Positions 56,430-64,000 of a DNA stretch of 64,000 nucleotides are shown here, piece by piece. The stretch lies in the NCBI GenBank assembly GCA_038230095.1, contig JBBRNT010000004.1, positions 20,448-84,447 on the forward strand. Direction: 5' to 3'. The translations under genes were made by a program, and so were the position numbers. The notes beneath the pieces were generated by a model, which was given only the letters and a program-made list of their open reading frames with translations, searched no databases and had not been told where the DNA came from. The stretch's first letter is position 1; every line of letters begins with the position of its first letter. Source of the DNA: Candidatus Saccharimonadia bacterium. Its GTDB lineage: Bacteria > Patescibacteriota > Saccharimonadia > UBA4664 > JBBRNT01.

Positions 56430-58553
56430 TTACTCACGGGTTACCCGCATGATTTCTTCAATTGTTGTCATACCCATGAGGGCCTTCACAAACCCATCCT
56501 GCTGCATGGTGAGCATGCCATCTTTAATTGCCGCCACCTGTAGGTCTTCACTCGTAGAGTGGTTTACGATCATCTTAGATATTTCCGTATTTACCTCTAG
56601 TACCTCGTAGATGCCCATGCGTCCCTGGTAGCCTGTGGTGCCGCAGTTGTCGCAGCCTGGACCTGGCCGGTGTAAGAGGAACTGGCCTGGCTTCAGGTTC
56701 TTGGGATCAGCCGGCGTTGCAGCCGGCGTAGCACCTGCGGGGGCGGTTATTATTTCCGCAGCGACCTTCGCCTTACTAGCTTCAGCTGCCGTGCGGTTAA
56801 TAATGTTGGGATCAGACGCAATCTTATCCAAAATAGACTTCGGGCTGGACAGGTCGTCACTGATCGGCAGAACCACTTTTTCCTTCTTGGCTGCTGGTTT
56901 CTTATCCTTGTCATCGCTTGGCGCGGTATCGGCCACCGCCGCCGGCACTGCTGCCACTACTGGGGCCACCGGCGCTACACCCGAACCATTATCTTTCATT
57001 TCATGGAAGTGCTTCAGTGCTACGTCCAGCTGGAAGTCCTTGCGTATTCCGTCCAGCTCTTTGCCCTCAGGCACGTACGGTACGCGGCAGATTGGGCACA
57101 GCCGCCGAACCAGCCGCTGGCCAATAACGGTATTGACCGTAGAGGCTATCAGGAAGGGCTCAATCCCCATGTCCAGCAGACGGGGCAGAGTAGTGGCGGC
57201 ATTACTGGTATGGAGTGTCGAAAGCACCACGTGCCCAGTCAGGGCTGCCTGGACTGCCAGATCGGCGGTCTCACCGTCGCGGACTTCCCCCACCATGATC
57301 ACATTTGGGTCCTGGCGCAGAAGCGCCCGGAGCCCGGAGGCAAATGTCATACCAGCTTTCGGATTTACCTGGGTCTGGTTTACGCCAGTAATACGGTACT
57401 CTACCGGGTCTTCAATGGTGGAAATATTCACCCCCGGCGTATTCATAGTCGAGAGCACGGAGTACAGTGTCGTGGACTTACCCGAGCCAGTCGGCCCGGT
57501 CACCAGTGTCATGCCATGGGGCTTGTGCAGATTATTATTAATTACCTCCAGGCTGCGGCCTTCAAAGCCCAGCTCTTCCAGCGTGAGGGCGCGGCTTGAT
57601 TCGTCGAGGAGCCGCATAACCACCTTTTCCCCGTCCATCACCGGGAGCGTCGACACGCGTAGGGCTACCGTCTTGGAGCCCATGGCGAACTTGAACCGGC
57701 CGTCCTGAGGCACGCGGTGCTCGTCAATCTTCAGGTTGGAAAGGATCTTGATGCGGCTTACCACAGCCGCCAGGATTGGCTTGGGCAGTGTCATTGTCTC
57801 GCGTAAGACGCCGTCTATGCGGTAGCGGACCTGCACAATGGTCTCTCGCGGCTCAATATGTATATCTGATGCCCGCGACTTTATGGCAAATTCCAGAATA
57901 ATATTAACCGTCTTGGCAATGGGCGCGTCTTCCGTCAGGTCCTTGGCACTAACTTCCTGTTTCTGCTCTTCCTCGGCGCTCGAGTCGCGGATAGCCTTGG
58001 TAATCTCATTATCTATATTGCCTTTGTACTGGTCGATCACCGCCAGAATATCGGCCGGAGCTGCCGCATAGATTACTAGCTCACCGCCGACCTGCTTCTC
58101 AATAAAGTCGGCTGCCTGCAAGTCTTCCGGGTCAGCCATGGCCAGGAGTAGCTTATTGTTCTCGGCGCCAAACAGTACCGCCTGGTACTTCCGGGCAATG
58201 CGCTCCGGGATCTGCACAAGAATTTCGTGGGGGATCTTCATCTCACCCAGCTCCACGTAGGGTATGCCCGCGTCTTTGGCGTAGAGCTTAATCAGGTCCT
58301 TCTCGGAAATTACTTTGCGCTTAATAATAATGGACTGTAGTGACTCACCCGTCTGTTCGTGCTGTTTTTCGGCTTCGTCAAAAGCCCCTGGCTTTAGCTT
58401 GTCCCAGCCGGATAATAGTTTCTTCAGCTCACTGTCGTTTAGGCGCATATTATTGGAAATTATACCATAAGCAGGATCGCTCAAGTGGGTGAGGTGGCGT
58501 AGCGCTACCAAAGCCGTTACTATGGAGTCATGGCAGTTGAACAGCTCATCCAC
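56430..58553 (-). CDS. pilB: type IV pilus assembly ATPase PilB (GspE family) with about 120-aa low-complexity insertion inside the C-terminal tetracysteine zinc motif
   Basis: T2SSE_N domain, Walker A GPTGSGKST, Asp/His boxes. CPICR...(Ala/Pro/Lys-rich insert)...CDNCG. Confidence 0.9.
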   Translation of the reverse strand: MDELFNCHDSIVTALVALRHLTHLSDPAYGIISNNMRLNDSELKKLLSGWDKLKPGAFDEAEKQHEQTGESLQSIIIKRKVISEKDLIKLYAKDAGIPYVELGEMKIPHEILVQIPERIARKYQAVLFGAENNKLLLAMADPEDLQAADFIEKQVGGELVIYAAAPADILAVIDQYKGNIDNEITKAIRDSSAEEEQKQEVSAKDLTEDAPIAKTVNIILEFAIKSRASDIHIEPRETIVQVRYRIDGVLRETMTLPKPILAAVVSRIKILSNLKIDEHRVPQDGRFKFAMGSKTVALRVSTLPVMDGEKVVMRLLDESSRALTLEELGFEGRSLEVINNNLHKPHGMTLVTGPTGSGKSTTLYSVLSTMNTPGVNISTIEDPVEYRITGVNQTQVNPKAGMTFASGLRALLRQDPNVIMVGEVRDGETADLAVQAALTGHVVLSTLHTSNAATTLPRLLDMGIEPFLIASTVNTVIGQRLVRRLCPICRVPYVPEGKELDGIRKDFQLDVALKHFHEMKDNGSGVAPVAPVVAAVPAAVADTAPSDDKDKKPAAKKEKVVLPISDDLSSPKSILDKIASDPNIINRTAAEASKAKVAAEIITAPAGATPAATPADPKNLKPGQFLLHRPGPGCDNCGTTGYQGRMGIYEVLEVNTEISKMIVNHSTSEDLQVAAIKDGMLTMQQDGFVKALMGMTTIEEIMRVTRE

Positions 58554-59165
58554 AGTGTTGGTTACATCGGAATCTTTGCAATTATATTTGCCGAGTCAGG
58601 GCTCCTTGTTGGCTTCTTTCTCCCCGGCGACAGCCTGCTCTTCGCTGCCGGCCTCCTAGCAGCCAAAGGTATCCTTAATATTTGGCTAGTTACGCCAGTC
58701 ATGTTCGTGGCAGCCGTGCTTGGTGTGAATGCCGGCTACTACCTAGGTGCTCACTTCGGTGAGCGCATGTTCGCTAAGCACGACGCCCTCATCTTCAACC
58801 CCAAGCACCTCGAAACGTCTCGCAAGTTCTACGAGAAGCATGGTGGTAAGACCGTTATTCTAGCCCGGTTTACACCCGTGGTTCGCAGTATGGCACCCTT
58901 GCTTGCTGGTATTGGCAATATGCGCTTCCGTCGTTTCATGATATTCAATATTATTGGCGCTGCACTCTGGGTTTCTAGCGTCACTCTGGTTGGCTATTTT
59001 TTCGGTAATGCCGTGCCCAATGTAGAGCGGTATCTGGTGCTTTTCATCCTTATCGTCATGCTCGCCTCATTTGTCCCACCCCTCCTACATATCTGGCGTG
59101 ATGAGGCTCAGCGGGCCGCGCTCATGCAGCGCCTCCGCCGCCTCCGCCGCAAGAAACAGGCTTAG
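58530..59165 (+). CDS. DedA/VTT-domain family membrane protein
   Basis: GIFAIIFAESGLLVGFFLPGDSLLFAAG signature. 211 aa. Confidence 0.8.
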   Translation: MAVEQLIHSVGYIGIFAIIFAESGLLVGFFLPGDSLLFAAGLLAAKGILNIWLVTPVMFVAAVLGVNAGYYLGAHFGERMFAKHDALIFNPKHLETSRKFYEKHGGKTVILARFTPVVRSMAPLLAGIGNMRFRRFMIFNIIGAALWVSSVTLVGYFFGNAVPNVERYLVLFILIVMLASFVPPLLHIWRDEAQRAALMQRLRRLRRKKQA

Positions 59166-59596
59166 TGGCCAACCAGCGTCATCTGTAGCTGGAGTAGTGT
59201 TGCTGTAGCTACCCAGAGCAGGTAGGGTGTCTGCGCAATGCCCACCCACCGGTGCTTAGGCCAGATCATGGCAATGCTCCAGATAAGCGTGCCTAGAGTA
59301 AGCACCATCGCAATACTCGATAGGATAAAGCTGTCACCATCATTCTGCATCTGCGTAAACAGGGCGTTGCAGGCTAGGTTAAGGATGAAGGGGAGTGCCA
59401 CCCACCAGGAGAACCGGCCGCGAGCTGCCCTGTAGATGACAAAGCCATTGCTCGCCACAATGAGCATATAGAGTACCAGCCACGCAACCGCAATCGCGCT
59501 CGTATCAGGGGTAAATATGCTACTAAGCCAGTAGTTCATGCCCGTATTCTGTATCCGTTGTGATCTGGATGCAAGCATAAGCGTCAGAATTCCCAT
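59162..59596 (-). CDS. TspO/MBR-like tryptophan-rich membrane protein (start probably MNYW at 59538)
   Basis: 5 TM. ALPFILNLACNALFTQ resembles the TspO L-x-LN-x-x-W-s-x-x-F block. Weak. Confidence 0.35.
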   Translation of the reverse strand: MGILTLMLASRSQRIQNTGMNYWLSSIFTPDTSAIAVAWLVLYMLIVASNGFVIYRAARGRFSWWVALPFILNLACNALFTQMQNDGDSFILSSIAMVLTLGTLIWSIAMIWPKHRWVGIAQTPYLLWVATATLLQLQMTLVGH

Positions 59597-59663
59597 TCCG
59601 CTGTTGCTTGCATTATGGTTTTTGTTCGGGTAGCATCATCGCTAGAGAAATAAAGGAACTCGT

Positions 59664-61037
59664 ATGCTATCAAAAGTCACGAGGTGGATTTCAGTTTGTT
59701 TAGTGGTAATTAGTACCACTGGGGCTTGGGCACATCCCGCCCTTGCCAGTACTAGTCATGTCGTTATTAGTGAGCTGTCTACCGGCAGCGTTTCGGCTGC
59801 TAGCCAGGAATTTATAGAGCTCTACAATCCCACGGCTAGTGTGGTGAGCCTAAGCAGTTGGCAGCTAGAGTACAAGTCCGCCACCGCCACTAGTGCCGCT
59901 TGGTCTAAGCGCGCTACACTGAGCGGGTCTATAGCCAGTTTCGGGTTCTATTTAGTAGCCACCAAGGGCTTTGTACCGAGCGGGGATAGTCTGCTGACAG
60001 ATGGTATGGCTGAGTCGGCGGGACACGTCCGCCTGCTTGACCAAGCTAGCCAGGTAGTGGATCTGGTGGGCTATGGCGCTACAGCCAATGCCAGCGAGAC
60101 TAGCCCAGCGCCGGCAGCCGGGGACGGCCACAGCCTCGAGCGGCTTCCAGGGGCTAGCAATGCGCTGGCCGGGAATAGTCAAGACACCGGCAACAACAGC
60201 CAGGACTTCACGGTTCGTATTACCCCCGAGCCACAGACTACCGCGAGCCCTACTGAAGACCCAGCCACCCCGGCGCCGGCCGACACTCCCATTCCAGGTG
60301 GTAATGTAGATTACTCCCCATTGCGCATTAATGAGCTCCTGCCTAACCCCGCTAGCCCAGCCACAGATGCCAAAGATGAGTATATTGAGCTGTACAATGA
60401 CGGCGACCAGCCGCTTAGCCTGAGCGGCCTTGTGCTAGCCTGCGGCTCGAGCTTTCACGCCAAGTTCACCTTACCGTCGGGCACTATACCGGCCCACGGC
60501 TATGCTACCTACTTCTCTTTACAGTCAAAGCTAGCCCTCACCAACAGTGGTGGAGCTGCGCGGCTGCAAACAGCGTTGGGCACTGTGCTAGATGAGACCC
60601 CTAGCTATGGCAGTGCTGCCGATGGCCAGGCTTGGGCCTACTTCTCCGACGGCTGGGACTGGACTACGACCCCCACGCCGGGTTCTATAAATGTCGCAAC
60701 GGATGCCCCTGCAAAGGTCGCAGCCAGCAGGTCATCTGCAAGTTCTAGCTCTGGTACTTCCTCGGCTAGTAAGGTCCAATCAGCTAAGGCGGGTAGCAGC
60801 GCCAAGGTCAAGGCTGCCAAAGCCCCCTCCAAAAGGTCTAGTGCTGGCCAGTCCGCCGATGGCAGTAGCCCCCTGCAGACCGATACCTTGAGCTTCTGGT
60901 TGATAATTGGCCTAGCAAGCCTTACTATTGGCTATGCCATTTATGAATACCGAGCACGTCTACTCAATCTCTACCGAGTCGCCCGAAGCCACCTCACGGC
61001 TCGGCGTGCGCTTGGGTCGTCTTCTAAGGGGCGGTGA
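59664..61037 (+). CDS. surface-anchored protein with two lamin-tail (LTD) domains and C-terminal TM
   Basis: Signal peptide. VVISELSTGS...QEFIELYNPT and LRINELLPNPA...DEYIELYNDGDQPLSLSGLVL LTD signatures. Ser/Ala-rich linker, C-terminal TM. Confidence 0.55.
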   Translation: MLSKVTRWISVCLVVISTTGAWAHPALASTSHVVISELSTGSVSAASQEFIELYNPTASVVSLSSWQLEYKSATATSAAWSKRATLSGSIASFGFYLVATKGFVPSGDSLLTDGMAESAGHVRLLDQASQVVDLVGYGATANASETSPAPAAGDGHSLERLPGASNALAGNSQDTGNNSQDFTVRITPEPQTTASPTEDPATPAPADTPIPGGNVDYSPLRINELLPNPASPATDAKDEYIELYNDGDQPLSLSGLVLACGSSFHAKFTLPSGTIPAHGYATYFSLQSKLALTNSGGAARLQTALGTVLDETPSYGSAADGQAWAYFSDGWDWTTTPTPGSINVATDAPAKVAASRSSASSSSGTSSASKVQSAKAGSSAKVKAAKAPSKRSSAGQSADGSSPLQTDTLSFWLIIGLASLTIGYAIYEYRARLLNLYRVARSHLTARRALGSSSKGR

Positions 61038-61419
61038 GGTCATTGAGCTGTCTAGCGATCTAGGCGGTGGCAAGACGGTACTGGCTAAGGCTATCGCCGT
61101 TGGCCTGGACTACCCCGGGGAGGTCGTGAGCCCTACATTTACGGTCAGCAAGGTTTATCAATTACCCAGTGGCCTCGAGCTCGATCACTTCGACTTCTAC
61201 CGCATTGGCTCTGGCGATGTCGTCGCTACCGAGCTGGCCGAGACTGTTGGCCAGCCGGGCATTATTACCATCATAGAGTGGGCCGAGGCTGCCGGTAGCT
61301 CCCTGCCATCCGACCGCCTCAAAGTCACCATCACTCCCACCGGCGAGGCCAGCAGAATGCTAGCATTCGAAGCCATGGGACCAGAGCATGAGCACTTAAT
61401 ACACGGGCTACAATCATGA
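60943..61419 (+). CDS. tsaE: tRNA threonylcarbamoyladenosine biosynthesis protein TsaE
   Basis: P-loop GEVIELSSDLGGGKTVLAK, SPTFT. Overlaps the upstream LTD gene by about 95 nt. Confidence 0.75.
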   Translation: MNTEHVYSISTESPEATSRLGVRLGRLLRGGEVIELSSDLGGGKTVLAKAIAVGLDYPGEVVSPTFTVSKVYQLPSGLELDHFDFYRIGSGDVVATELAETVGQPGIITIIEWAEAAGSSLPSDRLKVTITPTGEASRMLAFEAMGPEHEHLIHGLQS

Positions 61420-61811
61420 TTCTGGCTATTCGAACAGACAAATCGCAAGCTGAGCTGTACCTAGTCAGGTCCAACGGAGATGTTGTGGACGCTCACCTGT
61501 GGGAGGCAGGCCGACAGCTCTCCAGCCAGTTACTACACGAGATTACGGCCCTGCTCGAAGGCCACCACCACACCCTTACCGATCTTACTGGCCTTATTGT
61601 CTGGCAGGGCCCGGGCTCGTTTACCGGCCTGCGTATTGGTATTACAACCGCCAATGCCCTTGGCTATGGGCTGAGTATCGGCGTTGTAGGTACCACAGGG
61701 GACGGCTGGATTGCGCGTGGTGCAAGCCACCTGGACAAGTCAAATGCCGAGTTGGCTCTGGTGCTGCCAGAGTACGGTAGTGAGGCTCATATAACTGCCC
61801 AAAAGAAATAG
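61416..61811 (+). CDS. tsaB: tRNA threonylcarbamoyladenosine biosynthesis protein TsaB (minimal 131-aa form)
   Basis: ILAIRTD...GLIVWQGPGSFTGLRIGITTANAL. Matches the N-terminal half of YeaZ. Confidence 0.75.
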   Translation: MILAIRTDKSQAELYLVRSNGDVVDAHLWEAGRQLSSQLLHEITALLEGHHHTLTDLTGLIVWQGPGSFTGLRIGITTANALGYGLSIGVVGTTGDGWIARGASHLDKSNAELALVLPEYGSEAHITAQKK

Positions 61812-61829
61812 CTCATATTAAAAGCACTT

Positions 61830-61870
61830 GCCCCGATCCTCTTTGTAGAAGATCGGGGCGGTTTGCTTCT
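61830..61870 (+). terminator. rho-independent terminator
   Basis: GCCCCGATC-(12-nt loop)-GATCGGGGC-GGTTTGCTTCT. Confidence 0.5.
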
Positions 61871-62113
61871 GGGCTAGGGGATCACACTGGTGATCCAGGA
61901 CGAGCGTTGGAAATGTGTCGTGTCCGACTGGCCTGCTGCTCGAGGCGCATGGCGGCGGCATGAGCAGCCAGTCGTGCAGCAGCGGTGGTGTGTCGTCGAG
62001 CAGTGGGCACTGGCAGCCGCGTGGCCAGATCGATCACCTGGGCAGTGGGCGGGGCCGACAGACGGGGAATATACAGGACTCGAGCCATGTCGGCTCCTTT
62101 CGTATAGGAGGGG

Positions 62114-62263
62114 TCAGTCGCCGTTGGAACGCTGGAGGTCGCGGGCAGCCTTCTCGGCATTCCGCTTGGCATCGCCTGTGAGGCCCTTGGCTGCTTGCTT
62201 AAGGCTCTCCACTGTTCGGTTGTTCTCGTGCCACTTGTCGTCGTGATTGACCAGTTTGGCCAT
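62114..62263 (-). CDS. CsbD-like small stress protein (49 aa; below ORF-track length cutoff)
   Basis: My translation of the minus strand: MAKLVNHDDKWHENNRTVESLKQAAKGLTGDAKRNAEKAARDLQRSNGD. RBS GGAGAGTG. Matches the CsbD KEAAGKLTGD.KL.AEGK pattern. Confidence 0.45.
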   Translation of the reverse strand: MAKLVNHDDKWHENNRTVESLKQAAKGLTGDAKRNAEKAARDLQRSNGD

Positions 62264-62591
62264 TTCTCACTCTCCTGCGTCCTCGGGTGCCACCGCGGGT
62301 TTGCGGTAAATGCTTGAAGATTATCGCACCACAGAGCCATTATGTCAATGACTATAGTTACAAATAGACGTCTAGAGATAGTCCTTAACGTTGACGTTAT
62401 GCCTACAATCCGTTTAAATTAAGGTACTTCACATTTTTAACGTTTTTGCTAGATTACGCACACGTGAAGCTGCTAAATCCAGATACACCCGGCGTGGCCA
62501 CTATTGTTTCTCTCTAAACACCTTCCTCTTTTTCCGACCACAATTTAGTAGTTCTTCCGTGTCAATACAGCTCCACTAGAAAGAAGGCACT

Positions 62592-64000
62592 ATGCTACCT
62601 GTACTATTAATTGGCCTTGTCGGCCTCGGAGCCGGCGGTGCTTCCGGATACGCCTACAACTCCTACCAGACTAAACAAAAGACCGATTCTGCTGAGGCCA
62701 AGGCCAAAAAGATTCTTGAAGAAGCGGAGGGCAAGTCCCGCCAGATCACGCTTGATGCCAAGAGCGAAGCTATCAAGACACTGGATGGCTCTAAGAAAGA
62801 GGAGTCTGAGCGGCGCAAGCAGCTGACGGACATTGAGAACCGTCTCAGTTCTCGCGAGGGCCAGCTCGACCGCAAGTTTGAAGACCTAGAAAAGCGCAGC
62901 GATGGCCTGCGGAAGTCGGAGGCCGAGCTCGAGGACATTAAGAACGAGGTCCGGGCTATTCGCGGTAAGCAGCAGGACAATCTCGAGCGCGTGGCCAAAC
63001 TCACCAAGGATGAGGCCCGCGACAAGCTTATGCAGATGACAGAGCGAGACATCCGAGCAGATTTGGTTGGGCTGGTTGGTAAGCTCCAGAACGACGCTAA
63101 GGAAGAGGCAGAGGACCGCGCCAGGGAGATTATTACCTCCGCGATGGAGCGTATGGCGAGCGACTCTACCAGCGAGCGTACCGTTACCACCGTGCCCCTC
63201 CCTAGTGATGAGCTGAAAGGCCGGGTTATTGGCAAGGAGGGTCGCAATATTCAGGCTCTAGAGCGTGCCACTGGCGTCGACGTGCTTATTGATGAGACAC
63301 CTGGCGTTATTGTGCTATCTAGCTTTGATCCAGTGCGCCGCCAGGTTGCACGTATTGCCCTCGAGAAATTACTAGAAGATGGTCGTATTCATCCGGCTCG
63401 TATCGAAGAAGTAGTAGAGAAGGCCGAAAAGGACGTGGAGAAGATGGTAAAAGACGCCGGTGAGGCCGCTGTGAAGGAAGTCGGTGTTGTCGGTATTCCT
63501 AGCGAGCTTGTCGTGGTGCTTGGCCAGCTCAAATTCCGTACCTCCTTCTCTCAGAACGTTCTCAAGCACTCTATAGAAATGGGCCACCTTGCCGGCATGA
63601 TTGCCACCGAGGTTGGTGCCGACGTGCGCATAACAAAGACCGCCGCCCTCCTGCATGACCTGGGCAAGGCCATGACTCACGAGATTGAAATGCCCCACCA
63701 TCACATTTCCGGCATGCTTATTCGCAAGGCCGGTATGGATGAGCGCATTGCTCACGCCGCCGAGGCCCACCACGAGGACATTGAGGCCACCACTCCAGAG
63801 GCCACCATCGTTCGCGTGGTTGATGCCTTGTCGGCTGGTCGCCCCGGCGCCCGCGGCGATACACTCGAGAACTACGCCAAGCGTATGACCGAGCTCGAGA
63901 ACATTGCCAACACCTTCCCTGGTATCTCCAAGAGCTATGCCATCTCGGCTGGTCGAGAGATCCGCATTATGGTCACCCCAGAAGAGGTGGATGATCTGAG
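62592..64000 (+). CDS. rny: ribonuclease Y (partial, continues past window end)
   Basis: N-terminal TM, coiled-coil, KH domain (GRVIGKEGRNIQALE), HD domain (HDLGKA...H). RBS GAAGG. Not in the ORF track because there is no stop inside the window. Confidence 0.9.
   Translation, partial: MLPVLLIGLVGLGAGGASGYAYNSYQTKQKTDSAEAKAKKILEEAEGKSRQITLDAKSEAIKTLDGSKKEESERRKQLTDIENRLSSREGQLDRKFEDLEKRSDGLRKSEAELEDIKNEVRAIRGKQQDNLERVAKLTKDEARDKLMQMTERDIRADLVGLVGKLQNDAKEEAEDRAREIITSAMERMASDSTSERTVTTVPLPSDELKGRVIGKEGRNIQALERATGVDVLIDETPGVIVLSSFDPVRRQVARIALEKLLEDGRIHPARIEEVVEKAEKDVEKMVKDAGEAAVKEVGVVGIPSELVVVLGQLKFRTSFSQNVLKHSIEMGHLAGMIATEVGADVRITKTAALLHDLGKAMTHEIEMPHHHISGMLIRKAGMDERIAHAAEAHHEDIEATTPEATIVRVVDALSAGRPGARGDTLENYAKRMTELENIANTFPGISKSYAISAGREIRIMVTPEEVDDL

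Noticed and set aside
61882-62340. 152-aa minus-strand ORF
   Set aside because: Arg/Pro/Ala-rich composition typical of a GC-rich non-coding frame with no RBS. It overlaps the better-supported 49-aa CsbD-like ORF in another frame, so it is likely spurious.

Overview
This 64-kb window looks like a reduced, CPR/Saccharibacteria-like genome segment, mostly housekeeping genes with one accessory operon of interest. The taxonomic call is an inference from gene content and roughly 57% GC (eyeballed, not computed), not a database result. Code 11 is assumed and TGA is used as a stop.

Housekeeping genes I can support from the sequence:
- ABC-2 permease (partial, 5-prime end of window), lepB-like signal peptidase I, a UbiA-like prenyltransferase, galU and tgt.
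- FtsB/DivIC-like protein and a DUF2207-like membrane protein.
- tilS, ftsH, murJ and lepA.
- bcp, then the heat-shock operon hrcA-grpE-dnaK-(small ORF)-nudix-dnaJ preceded by a CIRCE operator.
- comEC, yebC, ruvC, and separately ruvA-ruvB.
- A complete type IV pilus operon on the minus strand: pilB-pilC-pilin-pilM-pilN-pilO plus a small membrane ORF.
- dedA, a TspO-like protein, a tandem lamin-tail-domain surface protein, tsaE-tsaB, a CsbD-like micro-ORF and partial rny at the 3-prime end.

RNA genes and signals:
- Three tRNAs with a CAT anticodon cluster within 3 kb: an ileX-like tRNA (Ile2 or Met), initiator tRNA-fMet and elongator tRNA-Met. tilS lies about 2 kb downstream.
- tRNA-Lys(TTT) sits on the minus strand next to a low-GC island.
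- I mark several sigma70-like promoters and rho-independent terminators.

Accessory and carbohydrate genes:
- A GH26-like hydrolase, three GH130/DUF1861-like beta-propeller genes, a GT4 and a GT2 glycosyltransferase.
- A small sugar-modification-looking cluster: epimerase, unknown protein, APH-like kinase, HAD hydrolase.

Things worth a second look, most interesting first:
1. A tight five-gene minus-strand operon (29056-33834): GT2, a QueC (preQ0 synthetase) homolog with an N-terminal extension, a Nudix hydrolase, a thymidylate-kinase-like P-loop fused to a transglutaminase-like Cys/His/Asp domain, and a zinc-less TGT/DpdA-like TIM barrel. I propose it as a candidate 7-deazaguanine nucleic-acid modification module.
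2. A roughly 580-nt ORF-free region after the tRNA cluster with several GNRA hairpins and a terminator, a candidate large structured RNA.
3. An exact 19-nt duplicate of the tRNA-fMet 3-prime end, which looks like an att scar.
4. A low-GC alpha/beta-hydrolase island next to tRNA-Lys.
5. A repeated promoter-plus-leader motif (TTGAC[AG]-N17-CATAAT-N7-AAAGCATAAGCAA).
6. A hypothetical-protein block with an excisionase-type HTH and a possible +1 frameshift.
7. A GH130 gene whose conserved N-terminus has no canonical start codon.

I found no rRNA, CRISPR array or recognisable IS element.
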